From Ignavibacteriota bacterium (GTDB lineage: Bacteria > Bacteroidota > Ignavibacteria > Palsa-1295): a stretch of DNA of 64,000 bases. Location of the stretch: the NCBI GenBank assembly GCA_963787835.1, contig CAWBEI010000003.1, positions 256,001 to 320,000 on the forward strand. The letters run 5' to 3'. A program made the position numbers and the translations under genes. Position 1 is the stretch's first letter, and the number at the start of each line of letters is the position of its first letter. Shown piece by piece: positions 18,559 to 29,318 of the stretch. Under the pieces are notes generated by a model. The model saw nothing but the letters and a program-made list of their open reading frames with translations, did not search any database and was not told the origin of the DNA.

Positions 18559-20498
18559 GAGACGGTCTCTCCTTCTGGAACTCGGTCAACATGGAATGTG
18601 ACCTTGAACGTGCTGCCTTTTCCTACTTCGCTTTCCAGTTCTACGCGGCCACCATATTTTGCGGCGATCTCTCGCACAATTGCAAGCCCTAAACCAACGG
18701 AACCAGGCGTACTCATGTCAGGATGTTTAATTTGAACAAACTTCTCGAAAATCCTTTCCTGATCTTCTCGTGCAATGCCAACGCCAGTATCATGAACGGA
18801 AAGTCTAAGTTCGTGTAGGGATTCATTCCAAGTGGACGAAATCCTCACCTCCCCTCCCCTTGGAGTATATTTCAGTGCGTTCGAAAGCAGGTTGGAAAGC
18901 ACACTTGCAACATGCTCTTGAGACATTCGAAAATGCCCTTCCACTAATTGGGTTGAAGTAAGCCTCACTCCCCGTTCTAAATAAAGTGGACGCATAGAAC
19001 GTACTAATGCTTCGATAGTTTCGCTAACATCGGTTTCTTCTTCAGGAGCTTCGGTAACGTCGGGAGCATTTTCCAGTCGAGAAAGTGTAAGAAGATCTCG
19101 AATGAGCTTCGCCAGCCTTCGTGCATCCGCTTTCGAAGTATCGATCACTTCATGCTGCTCGCGATTAAGCACCCCAACTAATTCATCGCCCAGAATATCG
19201 AGCGACATGGTCATCGAAGTCAGTGGCGTGCGAAATTCATGCGAAACTTTTGCAATAAAGTCAGACTTCATCTGATCGAGTTCCCTGAAATGTGTTATGT
19301 CCGTAAAGAGAACTAATACTCCTGCCACGGGAGTAGCTTTGTTCTTGGAAATTTCTTCCACTGGCTCATTTGCAAGAATCCGGGCCACTCGAATTCGATA
19401 ATGCCGCATTCGCCCGCGGAGCGGGAGAGAGACGATGGGAAGTGCCGCAAGGCCATCAATTCCATCGCCAGCGGGATTCGTACCAGTTAACTGACGCGCA
19501 GCGAGTTCCACTGCTCGCTCGATATCCTTCCGTACCCGTGCATCTCTAAAAAGCTGCGATAGTGATCGCCCAAGGGCTCCAATTGGCCCAACAGATATTA
19601 ATTCCTCAGCTGCTCGATTTAGGTGAAGCAATCGCCCGTTTGCATCAAAAAGCAATAACGGGTCGTCAATGGATTCAATGATCGCCTCCGATTTCTGCTT
19701 TTCTCGAACGATCTCATTAATGTTCATCGCTTCGAACTCGCCAAGGCGCTCCGTCAACCGATTGAATTCAAAACCCAAGTCTGCAATTTCATCCGCACCA
19801 TGAATGGGAATGCGTGTATCGAGGTGTCCACCACGCAGTTCTTTCACACTATTTGTAAGTTCCCGAAGCGGCTGGATCGCCCGGCGGGATACGATAAAGC
19901 TCCCAACCAAGCCAGCTCCAAGCGCAAACACCGCAACAAGGATCACCCCAACCGTCGATCGTTTGGCACGATCTTTGGCCTGGATTTTAGCATTTTGGAA
20001 CGCATTAAAGTTCAACTCCTGCAATGCAAGGTTTCGCTCTCGGAGTGTATCGATCTCACGTTCGAGCGTATCTTCGTAGAAATGGCGAGCCTGAGCGGGC
20101 TTATGCAAAGCAAGCCCGTAAAAGAAATCGAGATGGGAATGATAATGATCCCATTGCGCCTCGATATCATTCAGCAGAACGGAAGAAGAATCCTGCGGAG
20201 TGCTTACTCGCCAGGCACTCTGCAAAGCAAAATAAAAATGTGCTGGTTGTTCGACGAGCGCAGGGCCAGCATTAATGGTGTCTCCCGCAAGCATTCGTAG
20301 TTCCGCCTCATCGATGCGAACGAGGCTTTCGTACATGCTGGTGTTGGCAAGACTTTGCTCGGCACTTCGCTCCAGGGCTTCGCTAGTTACATCCGCAAGT
20401 GAGGCAAGCGAAAATATGGCATACGCTCCCAATCCGACCATCAGCAGAAGGATCAGCAGGAAGCCAACGAAGACCTTAGCCCGAAGTGTTGAGAACAT
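18555..20498 (-). CDS. HAMP-PAS sensor histidine kinase (KinB-like)
   Basis: Two TM segments, HAMP, PAS, SHEFRTPLT, NALKYT and GLGLAI; 4-bp ATGA overlap with the regulator. Confidence 0.95.
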   Translation of the reverse strand: MFSTLRAKVFVGFLLILLLMVGLGAYAIFSLASLADVTSEALERSAEQSLANTSMYESLVRIDEAELRMLAGDTINAGPALVEQPAHFYFALQSAWRVSTPQDSSSVLLNDIEAQWDHYHSHLDFFYGLALHKPAQARHFYEDTLEREIDTLRERNLALQELNFNAFQNAKIQAKDRAKRSTVGVILVAVFALGAGLVGSFIVSRRAIQPLRELTNSVKELRGGHLDTRIPIHGADEIADLGFEFNRLTERLGEFEAMNINEIVREKQKSEAIIESIDDPLLLFDANGRLLHLNRAAEELISVGPIGALGRSLSQLFRDARVRKDIERAVELAARQLTGTNPAGDGIDGLAALPIVSLPLRGRMRHYRIRVARILANEPVEEISKNKATPVAGVLVLFTDITHFRELDQMKSDFIAKVSHEFRTPLTSMTMSLDILGDELVGVLNREQHEVIDTSKADARRLAKLIRDLLTLSRLENAPDVTEAPEEETDVSETIEALVRSMRPLYLERGVRLTSTQLVEGHFRMSQEHVASVLSNLLSNALKYTPRGGEVRISSTWNESLHELRLSVHDTGVGIAREDQERIFEKFVQIKHPDMSTPGSVGLGLAIVREIAAKYGGRVELESEVGKGSTFKVTFHVDRVPEGETVS

Positions 20499-20515
20499 CT
20501 ATAATACACAACCGC

Positions 20516-20545
20516 ATAGGATCGGGAATATATTCCCGATCCTAT
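20516..20545. repeat. Perfect 30-bp palindrome between purL and the kinase gene
   Basis: ATAGGATCGGGAATA|TATTCCCGATCCTAT. Confidence 0.9.
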
Positions 20546-20550
20546 TTTGG

Positions 20551-22836
20551 CTATACCATCACTTCCTCACCAAGGGCGGCTGGTAGTGCTGAGGAATAGA
20601 TCGAATACAGTTCTTCAACACTTTCATCGATCATGTCGCCAATAACGAGCCGGCTGCCTTTTATTTCACCGATAAGGGTTGCCTTAACCCCATGAATATT
20701 GCAAATTCCCAAAATAGCATTTTCATTAGCAGGATCGACTGAAAGAATCACCTGTCCCTGTTGCTCACCAAACAATAAGGCATCAATGCGCGAATTTCCA
20801 CCAATATTCTTGACAATAGCTCCCATTGGCTTCTCTGTGCCTTGCGCGAAGCAGCATTCTGCAAGCGCAACGGCTAAACCTCCCTCGCTTACATCGTGCG
20901 CAGAATTCAGAAGACGCTTGTCGGCAAGTTCAATAAGCGCTTGGATAAGTGCTGCCTGCTTCGAAAGATCACATGATGGAGCCTGCCCTGTCACAAAACC
21001 GGTTCGCTGATATAAATATTCGCTCCCACCCAATCCATCCGAATCATCATCAACCGACAGAAGAATGATCACATCCCCCTCATTCTTAAAATCGCTTGAA
21101 ACTACTTTCGTTATATCCTCTATCAGACCGATCATCCCAATGGTTGGCGTTGGATAGATCGCACCATCCGGACTCTCATTGTAAAAGCTGACATTTCCGC
21201 CGGTCACTGGCGTACCGAATGCCTTGCAAGCATCCCCCATCCCGCGTACCGCTTCTTTGAATTGCCAATATACTTCCGGGTCGTAGGGGTTCCCGAAGTT
21301 CAAACAATTCGTCACGCCAATGGGCGTTGCGCCGGTGCACGCGATGTTTCGTGCCGCTTCCGCAACAGCGATCGTTCCCCCACGATAGGGATCAAGATAC
21401 ACATATCGGGAATTACAATCTGTTTTCATTGCAAGGCCCTTCGTGGTCCCTTTGACTCGCACAACTGCGGCATCGCTGCCTGTCAAATAAAGCGAATTCG
21501 TGCGCACCATCGAATCATATTGCTCATACACCCAACGCTTCGATGCAATGGTTGGCGTGGCAAGCAACGTTCGAAGCATCGCACCGGCATCTTCAACATC
21601 TGGCAACTTCAAGACATCATACGCGCTTGTTTCAGTAAGATAGTTCGGTTTTGAAGTCTCACGGTAATAGACCGGCGTCATGTCCCCACCGAGAGCCAAG
21701 GCTTTGGCTGGAATATCGGCTACACGCTCGCCGTGATAGTCAATCACCACTCGGCCAGTATCCGTAACTTCACCGATAATTTCTGCTTGCAGATCCCATT
21801 TCGTAAAAATCGACTGAATCGCCACGACATCTTTCGGCTTCACAACCACCAACATTCGCTCCTGCGATTCCGATAGCATGATCTCGAACGCCGTCATACT
21901 TTCCTCACGTAATGGCACGCGGGTCAAGTCGATCTTCATTCCGGTTCCCGCTTTGGCAGCCATCTCGGCAGTGCAGCAACTAATGCCAGCAGCGCCCATA
22001 TCCTGCATGCCCACGACAACTCCAGCCGCAATAGCCTCAAGCGTAGCCTCCAGCAATAATTTTTCTGCGAACGGGTCGCCAACCTGCACCGTCGGCCTCA
22101 GTGATTCTGCCGCCTCACTAAAGACTGCACTGGCAAGCAAACTCGCACCATGAATTCCATCGCGGCCTGTGCGGGAACCCACGATCATCACGATATTCCC
22201 TACGCCCTCCGCTGTTGCACTGACCGTCTTACCATGCTCGACGATACCTACCGCCATCGCATTCACTAATGGATTGCCCTGATAACATTTATCAAAATAC
22301 ACTTCTCCGCCGACCGTTGGTACTCCGAACGAGTTCCCGTAATCCCCGATCCCTCGAACCACCCCGCGAACTAAGAATTTCGTTCTCTCAATATCTCCGC
22401 CACTCGCTTCAGACAGCTCACCAAACCTCAACGAATTCAATGCCGCAATAGGCCGGGCGCCCATCGTAAAAATATCGCGAAGAATACCACCAACCCCTGT
22501 CGCCGCTCCCTCATACGGTTCCACGGCGGAGGGATGATTATGCGACTCGATCTTGAACGCTACCGCCAGACCATCCCCAATATCGACAAGCCCAGCGTTC
22601 TCCTCGCCCGCATCCACCAGCAACCGTCCGCCGGAGCGCGGCAACGTCTTCAAAACTGCGATGCTATTCTTATACGAACAGTGCTCGCTCCACATCACCG
22701 AAAAAACACCAAGTTCGGTATAACTCGGGATGCGCCCGCCGAGGATGGAAACGATCTGATCGAATTCTTCAGAAAGGAGGCCTAATTGGATGGCTATTTC
22801 GCGGGCTTCGTCGAGATTGGTAATGGTATTTTGCAT
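20551..22836 (-). CDS. purL: Phosphoribosylformylglycinamidine synthase subunit PurL
   Basis: [22 protein letters not shown] and GGNVSFYNE. Confidence 0.98.
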   Translation of the reverse strand: MQNTITNLDEAREIAIQLGLLSEEFDQIVSILGGRIPSYTELGVFSVMWSEHCSYKNSIAVLKTLPRSGGRLLVDAGEENAGLVDIGDGLAVAFKIESHNHPSAVEPYEGAATGVGGILRDIFTMGARPIAALNSLRFGELSEASGGDIERTKFLVRGVVRGIGDYGNSFGVPTVGGEVYFDKCYQGNPLVNAMAVGIVEHGKTVSATAEGVGNIVMIVGSRTGRDGIHGASLLASAVFSEAAESLRPTVQVGDPFAEKLLLEATLEAIAAGVVVGMQDMGAAGISCCTAEMAAKAGTGMKIDLTRVPLREESMTAFEIMLSESQERMLVVVKPKDVVAIQSIFTKWDLQAEIIGEVTDTGRVVIDYHGERVADIPAKALALGGDMTPVYYRETSKPNYLTETSAYDVLKLPDVEDAGAMLRTLLATPTIASKRWVYEQYDSMVRTNSLYLTGSDAAVVRVKGTTKGLAMKTDCNSRYVYLDPYRGGTIAVAEAARNIACTGATPIGVTNCLNFGNPYDPEVYWQFKEAVRGMGDACKAFGTPVTGGNVSFYNESPDGAIYPTPTIGMIGLIEDITKVVSSDFKNEGDVIILLSVDDDSDGLGGSEYLYQRTGFVTGQAPSCDLSKQAALIQALIELADKRLLNSAHDVSEGGLAVALAECCFAQGTEKPMGAIVKNIGGNSRIDALLFGEQQGQVILSVDPANENAILGICNIHGVKATLIGEIKGSRLVIGDMIDESVEELYSIYSSALPAALGEEVMV

Positions 22837-22898
22837 GATGTGAGACTATAAACAAATTACCGTTCCAAAAGTGACAGGCTGCCCAGCTGTCCTAAATA

Positions 22899-23285
22899 TT
22901 ACACGTACATTTTAATAATGATGAAGAGCTCAATGGCTAAAAAGACCACAGCAGTCCAAAAGCCTTCGTTGATCTTTTTGAGTGCGATATTGATGAACAT
23001 GGATTGGATTTCGACCAATGCTCTCACGCCGGTAACCATTACAATCGCTTGCGGAGAACCTATGAGGGCAGCGATCAATAGCCCTATGCCCATCGCCAGG
23101 TTCCTTGAGGAATATTCGTAGGAAGCAAATCGTGCTCCTTTTCCTTTGAGGTCCACACCTTCGATGCTATTCTCGAACGTGTGAGAAGGCTGGAAATAAC
23201 CCATAATTCCGTAGCCGATATTCGCTAAGGCAAACAGCCCGGCAAGAATCCTCACATACATGGGTATCGCATTCATTTCGATCAT
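22899..23285 (-). CDS. Small membrane protein (DUF4267-like)
   Basis: Four hydrophobic segments and SRNLAMG; family assignment is tentative. Confidence 0.65.
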   Translation of the reverse strand: MIEMNAIPMYVRILAGLFALANIGYGIMGYFQPSHTFENSIEGVDLKGKGARFASYEYSSRNLAMGIGLLIAALIGSPQAIVMVTGVRALVEIQSMFINIALKKINEGFWTAVVFLAIELFIIIKMYV

Positions 23286-23377
23286 ACTGTTTATTGTTTT
23301 CTATAGTTAAAGAATCCATCTTAGGATTTTCATACTCATAGTAGGCCGGATCGATAATTTTAGTTCTTGATAGCTTG

Positions 23378-24862
23378 TTATGCTTTTATAAAATCTACCC
23401 TCGCCTTTTTAGCATTTAGCGCTTTCTGCACTAGAGCGAAATACGGCACCGCAGCAGCAGTATATCTCGCAAACTCCCGCTCTCGTGCTTCGGGAGTAAA
23501 TTCTTCTTCTACAAAGGCGGTGGAGAGATGACCGTGCTTGAAGCGCGGGTTCCGCATGGCAAAGAGTCCGAATGGGATCGTTGTGGAGATGCCGGTCACG
23601 CGCATTTCTTCAAGCGCGCGCGTCATGCGGCGAATGGCGGTATCGCGGTCTCTATCCCAAACGATGAGCTTCGAGAGCAGTGAGTCGTAAAAGCCGGAGA
23701 CTTCCAATCCGGCAAACATGGCGCTATCGTTCCGTACGAATGCACCGCCAGGATGGCGCACGAACTGAATTCGTCCGAGGCTCGGAAGAAAATCATTCCA
23801 CACATCCTCGGATTGAATGCGTACTTCGATGGAGTGTCCGTGGGCAACCACCCCCCAGCCCCCTCCTACTCCGCTTCGCTGCGTAGGAGGGGTAGTAAGC
23901 TTTTCTCCTTCGGCAATGCGGAATTGCTCGCGCACCAAGTCGAGTCCCGTTACAAATTCCGTTACGGGATGCTCCACTTGCAGGCGGGTGTTCACTTCGA
24001 GAAAATAGAATTTTAATTCCTGACTGACAAGAAACTCCACGGTGGCGGCGCCTTCATATTTTGCCTGCTTTATCAGCGTGACGGCGGCATCGCCCATTTC
24101 TCGCCTGAGTTCAGGAGTCAGCACTACCGATGGCGACTCCTCGATCAGCTTCTGGTGTCGCCGCTGAATAGAGCACTCGCGCTCGCCGAGATGGATAACA
24201 TTCCTATGCGAATCTGCAAGGATCTGGAACTCGATATGTCGCGGCTTAATGATATATTTTTCGAGATACACGCGGTCATCACCAAAGGCGCTCTTTGCTT
24301 CATGCCGCGCGCGTTCGAGATTCTGCAACAGATCGGATTCGCGGTCCACGAGCCGCATTCCCCGGCCACCGCCGCCCGCTGCGGCCTTTAGCAGAACAGG
24401 ATAACCAATACCGCGTGCGGATTCCAGTGCCTCCTTGTCGGCTTTGATCTCCTGCGTGGTTCCATCGGGCGTTGGAATGCCAAGCTTTCGCGCAAGTGCT
24501 CGCGCCTTCGTTTTATCGCCGAGTAATTCAATGGCTTCGGGCGCAGGACCGATGAATTTCATTCCCGCCTCTGTAACGGCGGCACTGAATGCCGCATTCT
24601 CGCTTAGAAATCCATAGCCAGGATGAATAGCGCTCGCCCCGGCCTTCTTTGCAGCATGAAGGATCTGCTCGATGTCGAGATACGATTCCTTCGGCGTATT
24701 TCCCGCGAGCGGGTACGCAATATCAGCCTCGCGGACGAACAGCGCAGATGCGTCAAGCGGTGAATGTGCCACGCTCGTTTTGTATCCACATTCTTTTGCG
24801 GAACGAATCACTCGCCGCGCGATCTCGGCACGATTTGCAATAAAAATATTCTTGAAACTCAC
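23378..24862 (-). CDS. accC: Biotin carboxylase subunit of acyl-CoA carboxylase
   Basis: IANRAEIA, HPGYGFLSEN, GGGGRGMR, ERECSIQRRHQK and EVNTRLQVEHPVTE. Confidence 0.95.
   Translation of the reverse strand: MSFKNIFIANRAEIARRVIRSAKECGYKTSVAHSPLDASALFVREADIAYPLAGNTPKESYLDIEQILHAAKKAGASAIHPGYGFLSENAAFSAAVTEAGMKFIGPAPEAIELLGDKTKARALARKLGIPTPDGTTQEIKADKEALESARGIGYPVLLKAAAGGGGRGMRLVDRESDLLQNLERARHEAKSAFGDDRVYLEKYIIKPRHIEFQILADSHRNVIHLGERECSIQRRHQKLIEESPSVVLTPELRREMGDAAVTLIKQAKYEGAATVEFLVSQELKFYFLEVNTRLQVEHPVTEFVTGLDLVREQFRIAEGEKLTTPPTQRSGVGGGWGVVAHGHSIEVRIQSEDVWNDFLPSLGRIQFVRHPGGAFVRNDSAMFAGLEVSGFYDSLLSKLIVWDRDRDTAIRRMTRALEEMRVTGISTTIPFGLFAMRNPRFKHGHLSTAFVEEEFTPEAREREFARYTAAAVPYFALVQKALNAKKARVDFIKA
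23847..23893. repeat. CCCCTCC...GGAGGGG-type palindromic element inserted in-frame in accC
   Basis: ACCACCCCCCAGCCCCCTCCTAC-TCCGCTTCGCTGC-GTAGGAGGGGT. Confidence 0.8.
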
Positions 24863-24864
24863 GA

Positions 24865-27360
24865 TTATTTTAATTCCACAATAGTAACGCCGGCTCCACC
24901 CTCCTGCGGTTCACCATAGCGGTAGCTTTTAACCAATTCGTGACCGCGTAAGTGCTGCGTGATGCGGCGGCTAAGCGCGCCTGTGCCATGACCATGAATG
25001 ATTTCCACGCGCTCCAGCCCATGCGCAGAGGCATCGGCAAGAAAGCGATCGACCATCATCACGCCGTCATCGCCATACTGACCGCGCAGATCGATCCGGC
25101 GCTCGGCGGTTTCGGCAAGATATTTCGTGGCCTGAGATACTTCGCGAGATGCAGGCTTCATCGCCTTTGCATCTGCCTTACTCACAAATTCCAACTGATC
25201 GCGCTTTGCCCGCATCTTCAGCGAGCCGATCTCTACCTCTACATCATTCCCTTTTACCGAAAGCACTTTTCCGATCTGTGCAGGATTCGATTTCAATTTA
25301 ACATTTACCCCAATGGTGATCTCACCGTCCTGGACGGTGTGGACTTCTTGGACGGCAAGATCAGCTACTAGTTGTTTTCGTTCTTGCTCCTGACGGAATC
25401 GCATAGAGCGCAAATTATCGCTGGCTTCTGATGGATTTGCGACTGCTTCTTTTGCTTCCCGGACGGCGCGTTCCACAAATTGATTTGCGCGCTTTAATAT
25501 TTCTTCAGCTTCTTCGGATGCTCGTTTCTTTGCGGAGCGGCGAATTTCATCGGCTTCATCGCGCTTGCGTTCAAAATCCATTCGTGCGGCACGGGCTGCG
25601 CCAAGTTCTCGCTCGGCTTCCGTTTTGCGAGCGCGCGCTTCTTGTTGCAACGTTTCGAGCGAAGCCGTCAGATCTTCAATGCGATTGCTTTGCTCGCCGG
25701 TTAGCTCGCGAGCATGTTGAACAAGATGATGTCCAAGCCCAAACCGCTCTGCAATATCGAAGGCATGGGAACTGCCGGGCACGCCAGCCCGAAATCGGAA
25801 CGTCGGCGCAAGCGTTTCGCGGTCGAATTCCATCGAGCCGTTTTCAACACCCGAAGAGGATTCCGCGTACGCAGCGAGCCTGCCGTAGTGTGTGGTAGCA
25901 ATAGTGAAGCAGCCTATGCGCGTGAGATGTTCGAGGATACTCTGCGCAAGCGCACCGCCCTCTTCCGGTGCTGTGCCACCACCAATCTCGTCGAGAAGGA
26001 CGAGGCTTGAGCGAGTTACATCACTCAGAATTTCTACCAGCGAACGAACGTGTGAACTAAAGGTACTAAGATCATCCGCAATAGATTGGGAATCTCCGAT
26101 CTCGACAAAGATCCCGTCCATCATCGGCAAGCGGCAATCTGCACCGACTGGAATCGGCAGCCCCGCGTGTGCCATCAGCGAAAGGATCCCGACTGTTTTA
26201 AGCAGAACGGTTTTGCCGCCGGCATTCGGGCCAGTGAGAACGAGTGTGCGGCGGTCTTCATCCATTTGAATCGTCAGGGGCACTGTTCTATCCCTGCCGA
26301 TCTTCTCGATGAGTAATGGATGCCGTGCATTTGTAAGCGTAAACACTCGGTCGCGTTTTGCCGATTGTGGCTCCAACAGTGCGTCCTCCGCAACAATGCG
26401 TAACGCATACGCTCCTTTTGAATGCACGGCATCGAGATGGGCGGCAGCGTGAAGAGAGGAACGAAGATCTGGAATAGAACTTCGCAATCGATCAGCAAGA
26501 ATGCGCAGTATGCGATCGATCTCGCGTTGTTCGGCAAATTCGAGCGAACGAAGTTCATTGTTGAGCTCCAGCGTTTCACTTGGCTCGATGAAGACGGTTT
26601 GTCCAGTCTGTGAAACAGAATGAATAAATCCTGGCACACGCCGTTTATGTTCGACCTTAATCGGCACCACGTAGCGGCCTTCACGCTGGGTGATAATTTC
26701 ATCGCGAGCAAATTCATCTTCGGAAAGCCTTCGCACAATAGCCATCAGGCGATTGCGAAGTATCTCCGCCGCGCGTACCATATCATGCCGAATGCGCGAA
26801 AGCTCCGGACTTGCCGAATCGCGAATCTTTCCGGCATCGTCAAAGACGGTATCGAAGTGGAGTTCAAGCACTTTGTCATCGAAAAGATTTACTGCTGTTT
26901 TCCACAAAAGCGGAGCCTCATCGTGACGACGAGAGAAGAATTCCCGCATGGCACGCATGGCTTTCATGGCACCGAGCAATCGAAAGCCTTCCTCAATAAT
27001 TAGTGTGCTGCCTTCGATCTCTACTTTGCGGAGCGTGGGAGCTATATCGGTAAGTCCGAAAAATTGCGGTGCTTCACCAGCAATGAGATACTTACGCATC
27101 TCGCGTATCTCTGTTAGTGAGCGATCAATGGCGAGAGGGTCGGATTTGGGAAGCAACTCACGAACGATCGCCTGCTTGCCGGGAGTGGTATGCGCTAATT
27201 GGAGATGCGTGAGGCAAATTTTATCCATCTCCAATTCACGTGCAGCATTGCGGAACGATGGAGGAATGGAACGTAGAAATTCTTCGGCAAGGCGAGTGTT
27301 CGTTTCTCTCGAATCCTCGAAATCATGATCGGAATCCGAATAGTCTTCGAGCGTACTCAC
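24865..27360 (-). CDS. mutS2: Endonuclease MutS2
   Basis: TGPNAGGKT, LSTFSSH, LLDEIGGGT and C-terminal Smr domain IIHGHGTG. Confidence 0.96.
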   Translation of the reverse strand: MSTLEDYSDSDHDFEDSRETNTRLAEEFLRSIPPSFRNAARELEMDKICLTHLQLAHTTPGKQAIVRELLPKSDPLAIDRSLTEIREMRKYLIAGEAPQFFGLTDIAPTLRKVEIEGSTLIIEEGFRLLGAMKAMRAMREFFSRRHDEAPLLWKTAVNLFDDKVLELHFDTVFDDAGKIRDSASPELSRIRHDMVRAAEILRNRLMAIVRRLSEDEFARDEIITQREGRYVVPIKVEHKRRVPGFIHSVSQTGQTVFIEPSETLELNNELRSLEFAEQREIDRILRILADRLRSSIPDLRSSLHAAAHLDAVHSKGAYALRIVAEDALLEPQSAKRDRVFTLTNARHPLLIEKIGRDRTVPLTIQMDEDRRTLVLTGPNAGGKTVLLKTVGILSLMAHAGLPIPVGADCRLPMMDGIFVEIGDSQSIADDLSTFSSHVRSLVEILSDVTRSSLVLLDEIGGGTAPEEGGALAQSILEHLTRIGCFTIATTHYGRLAAYAESSSGVENGSMEFDRETLAPTFRFRAGVPGSSHAFDIAERFGLGHHLVQHARELTGEQSNRIEDLTASLETLQQEARARKTEAERELGAARAARMDFERKRDEADEIRRSAKKRASEEAEEILKRANQFVERAVREAKEAVANPSEASDNLRSMRFRQEQERKQLVADLAVQEVHTVQDGEITIGVNVKLKSNPAQIGKVLSVKGNDVEVEIGSLKMRAKRDQLEFVSKADAKAMKPASREVSQATKYLAETAERRIDLRGQYGDDGVMMVDRFLADASAHGLERVEIIHGHGTGALSRRITQHLRGHELVKSYRYGEPQEGGAGVTIVELK

Positions 27361-27375
27361 AGCAATGATCGGAGA

Positions 27376-27861
27376 TCAAACATTAGCATCATTTGAAACC
27401 GGGGCATGGACATACGGTTTCAACACCGCAATAACCAACGTTGCGGCTTTGATGAGCGCCATATAGAGTATGGATCGCACAGCAATGGCTTCCGGTGGCA
27501 AATGAACGAGTTGGAATAACGCCAATAGAAGCCCAACGACAACAACGCCACGTATCAGGCCGAGAAAAGCTCCAACTATACCATCCAAGCCCCGCAGCAA
27601 GCCCTGCTTGGGTTTGATCAGTTTTTTCAACCAACTGCCGGCGATCATAAGTACGATGAATGTGAAAATAAATCCCACAATGGGCCATGTCCAGTTCGGG
27701 CCAATGTGAATGAGCGCGCCTACTCTCGCACCAAACATGGAAGAAGCAATGGCGGCAACAAACAGGATCACGATGGAAAGGAGCATCGTCATTGCTCCGG
27801 AGCGCCATCCCCTAATCACACTCAAGACGAGCAACACAGCGAGGATAATATCGAGAACCAT
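27376..27861 (-). CDS. cvpA: CvpA (colicin V production) family membrane protein
   Basis: LDIIL...RGWRSG and LDGIVGAFLGLIRG; sits next to mutS2, the usual context. Confidence 0.85.
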   Translation of the reverse strand: MVLDIILAVLLVLSVIRGWRSGAMTMLLSIVILFVAAIASSMFGARVGALIHIGPNWTWPIVGFIFTFIVLMIAGSWLKKLIKPKQGLLRGLDGIVGAFLGLIRGVVVVGLLLALFQLVHLPPEAIAVRSILYMALIKAATLVIAVLKPYVHAPVSNDANV

Positions 27862-27878
27862 TTTTTTACAACGCTCTC

Positions 27879-28331
27879 TTACATTGCGGCGAGCTGCGCC
27901 TTCAGCACTTCCTGCACTAATTTTCCGTCGGCCTTACCCTTCATCTCTTTCATAAGGATGGGGTTCACCTTATTGGCATCCTGAGGCCCGGATGCGCCAA
28001 CTTCGGCAATGATAGCCTTCACGCGCTCTGCAATTTCCGGCTCGGTAAGTTGCTTTGGAAGATAGTCCTGAATAACAGCAAGTTCCGCGCGTTCTTTTTC
28101 AGCAAGTTCCGGGCGGCTATTCTTATCATAGAACTCAATGGCTTCGCGGCGTTTTTTTGCTCCGCTGGTGAGGATTTTCATCTCATCATCGGGAGTCATG
28201 GCACGATCAATACCGCTCTTTTCGAACTCGATGATCGCGGCGCGAATGCTGCGCAGCGTTTCGGTGCGCACTTTCTCGCCCGCTTTCATAGCGGACTTCA
28301 GATCCTCGTTGATTTTATCTATTAAGTTCAT
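27879..28331 (-). CDS. GatB/YqeY domain protein
   Basis: MNLIDKINEDLKSAMKAG, KKRREAI, YLPKQL and KGKADG. The start was moved to 28331 because the longer ORF begins inside a repeat. Confidence 0.93.
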   Translation of the reverse strand: MNLIDKINEDLKSAMKAGEKVRTETLRSIRAAIIEFEKSGIDRAMTPDDEMKILTSGAKKRREAIEFYDKNSRPELAEKERAELAVIQDYLPKQLTEPEIAERVKAIIAEVGASGPQDANKVNPILMKEMKGKADGKLVQEVLKAQLAAM

Positions 28332-28358
28332 TGGGATGAGAAACTCGTTCATGTCGTA

Positions 28359-28484
28359 GTCATTGCGAGTCAAAATCACGAAGCGAAGCGGAGTGATTTT
28401 GACGAAGCAATCTCACGCTTGAAAGATCGAGATTGCTTCGTCGAATCGAACTCCCTCCGGTCGTTCGATTCTCCTCGCAATGAC
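28359..28484. repeat. GTCATTGCGAG-type palindromic element (second copy)
   Basis: GTCATTGCGAG...GACGAAGCAATCTC...GAGATTGCTTCGTC...CTCGCAATGAC. Confidence 0.88.
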
Positions 28485-28552
28485 ATGATAAAATTTATTT
28501 CGAAGAGAGAAACTCGGACAAACGTTTACTCTCAGCGTGGCGGAAGCTAAAC

Positions 28553-28816
28553 TTACGCCGTAGCTTGCGGATACACGCTGACGCGCTGGCGGTCGAGGCG
28601 AAAGCGCTCGAACTTCACTGTGCCATCGGCAACTGCGAAGAGCGTGTCATCCTTGGCGCGCATGACGTTCTCGCCCGGATGGTACTTCGTTCCGCGCTGA
28701 CGAATGAGGATATTTCCCGAGCGGACGAATTCGCCGCCGAATTTCTTTACGCCTAACCGTTGTGCATTGGAATCGCGCCCGTTGCGCGTCGATCCCATTC
28801 CTTTTTTATGTGCCAT
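28553..28816 (-). CDS. rpmA: 50S ribosomal protein L27
   Basis: [24 protein letters not shown]. Confidence 0.99.
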   Translation of the reverse strand: MAHKKGMGSTRNGRDSNAQRLGVKKFGGEFVRSGNILIRQRGTKYHPGENVMRAKDDTLFAVADGTVKFERFRLDRQRVSVYPQATA

Positions 28817-28928
28817 GAGGAAGTGCTTAAGTGCTGAGTGCTAAAGTGCTACGTTCTTTTCTTGTTCGCTAATATCCTGAAAAATCAGTCCGCGTGATCC
28901 ATCCAATCCGCGTAATCGTGGTGCAGGT

Positions 28929-29207
28929 TCACCAACTGATCGCTAATTCGGTAAAACGCGGCGTGTGCCCATTCGTTTTGCGATAGCGCTTGCGGCGCTT
29001 TTTGTGAAAAACGATAACCTTCTCGCCACGGATATGTCCGCTCACCGTCGCGAACGGTTTCGCACCGTTACGGCCATCCGAAAATAGAACCTTATCGAGC
29101 GAGACCTCCTGGCCTTCCTCGGCGCCTGCCATATAGGGCACACGAAGCGTCTTCATGGTATCGTCGATCTTGAATTGCTCTCCGGAAATTTCTACGATTG
29201 CGAACAT
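28929..29207 (-). CDS. rplU: 50S ribosomal protein L21 (short form)
   Basis: MFAIVEISGEQFK and RGEKVIVFHKKRRKRYRKTNGH; lies upstream of rpmA. Confidence 0.95.
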   Translation of the reverse strand: MFAIVEISGEQFKIDDTMKTLRVPYMAGAEEGQEVSLDKVLFSDGRNGAKPFATVSGHIRGEKVIVFHKKRRKRYRKTNGHTPRFTELAISW

Positions 29208-29318
29208 GGCTTAGTAACGATAACGAGTGATGAGTACCGAATTCTCCACAAAAAAAGCCATTTTGATCGCTCTATTTGCGGGAGGGCGTTAAATGCGAAG
29301 AATCGGCAAAAAGTTCGG

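Noticed and set aside
22873-22894. GACAGGCTGCCCAGCTGTCCTA as a purL regulatory element
   Set aside because: It looks like a degenerate GTAG-type REP half; there is no riboswitch consensus and too little support.
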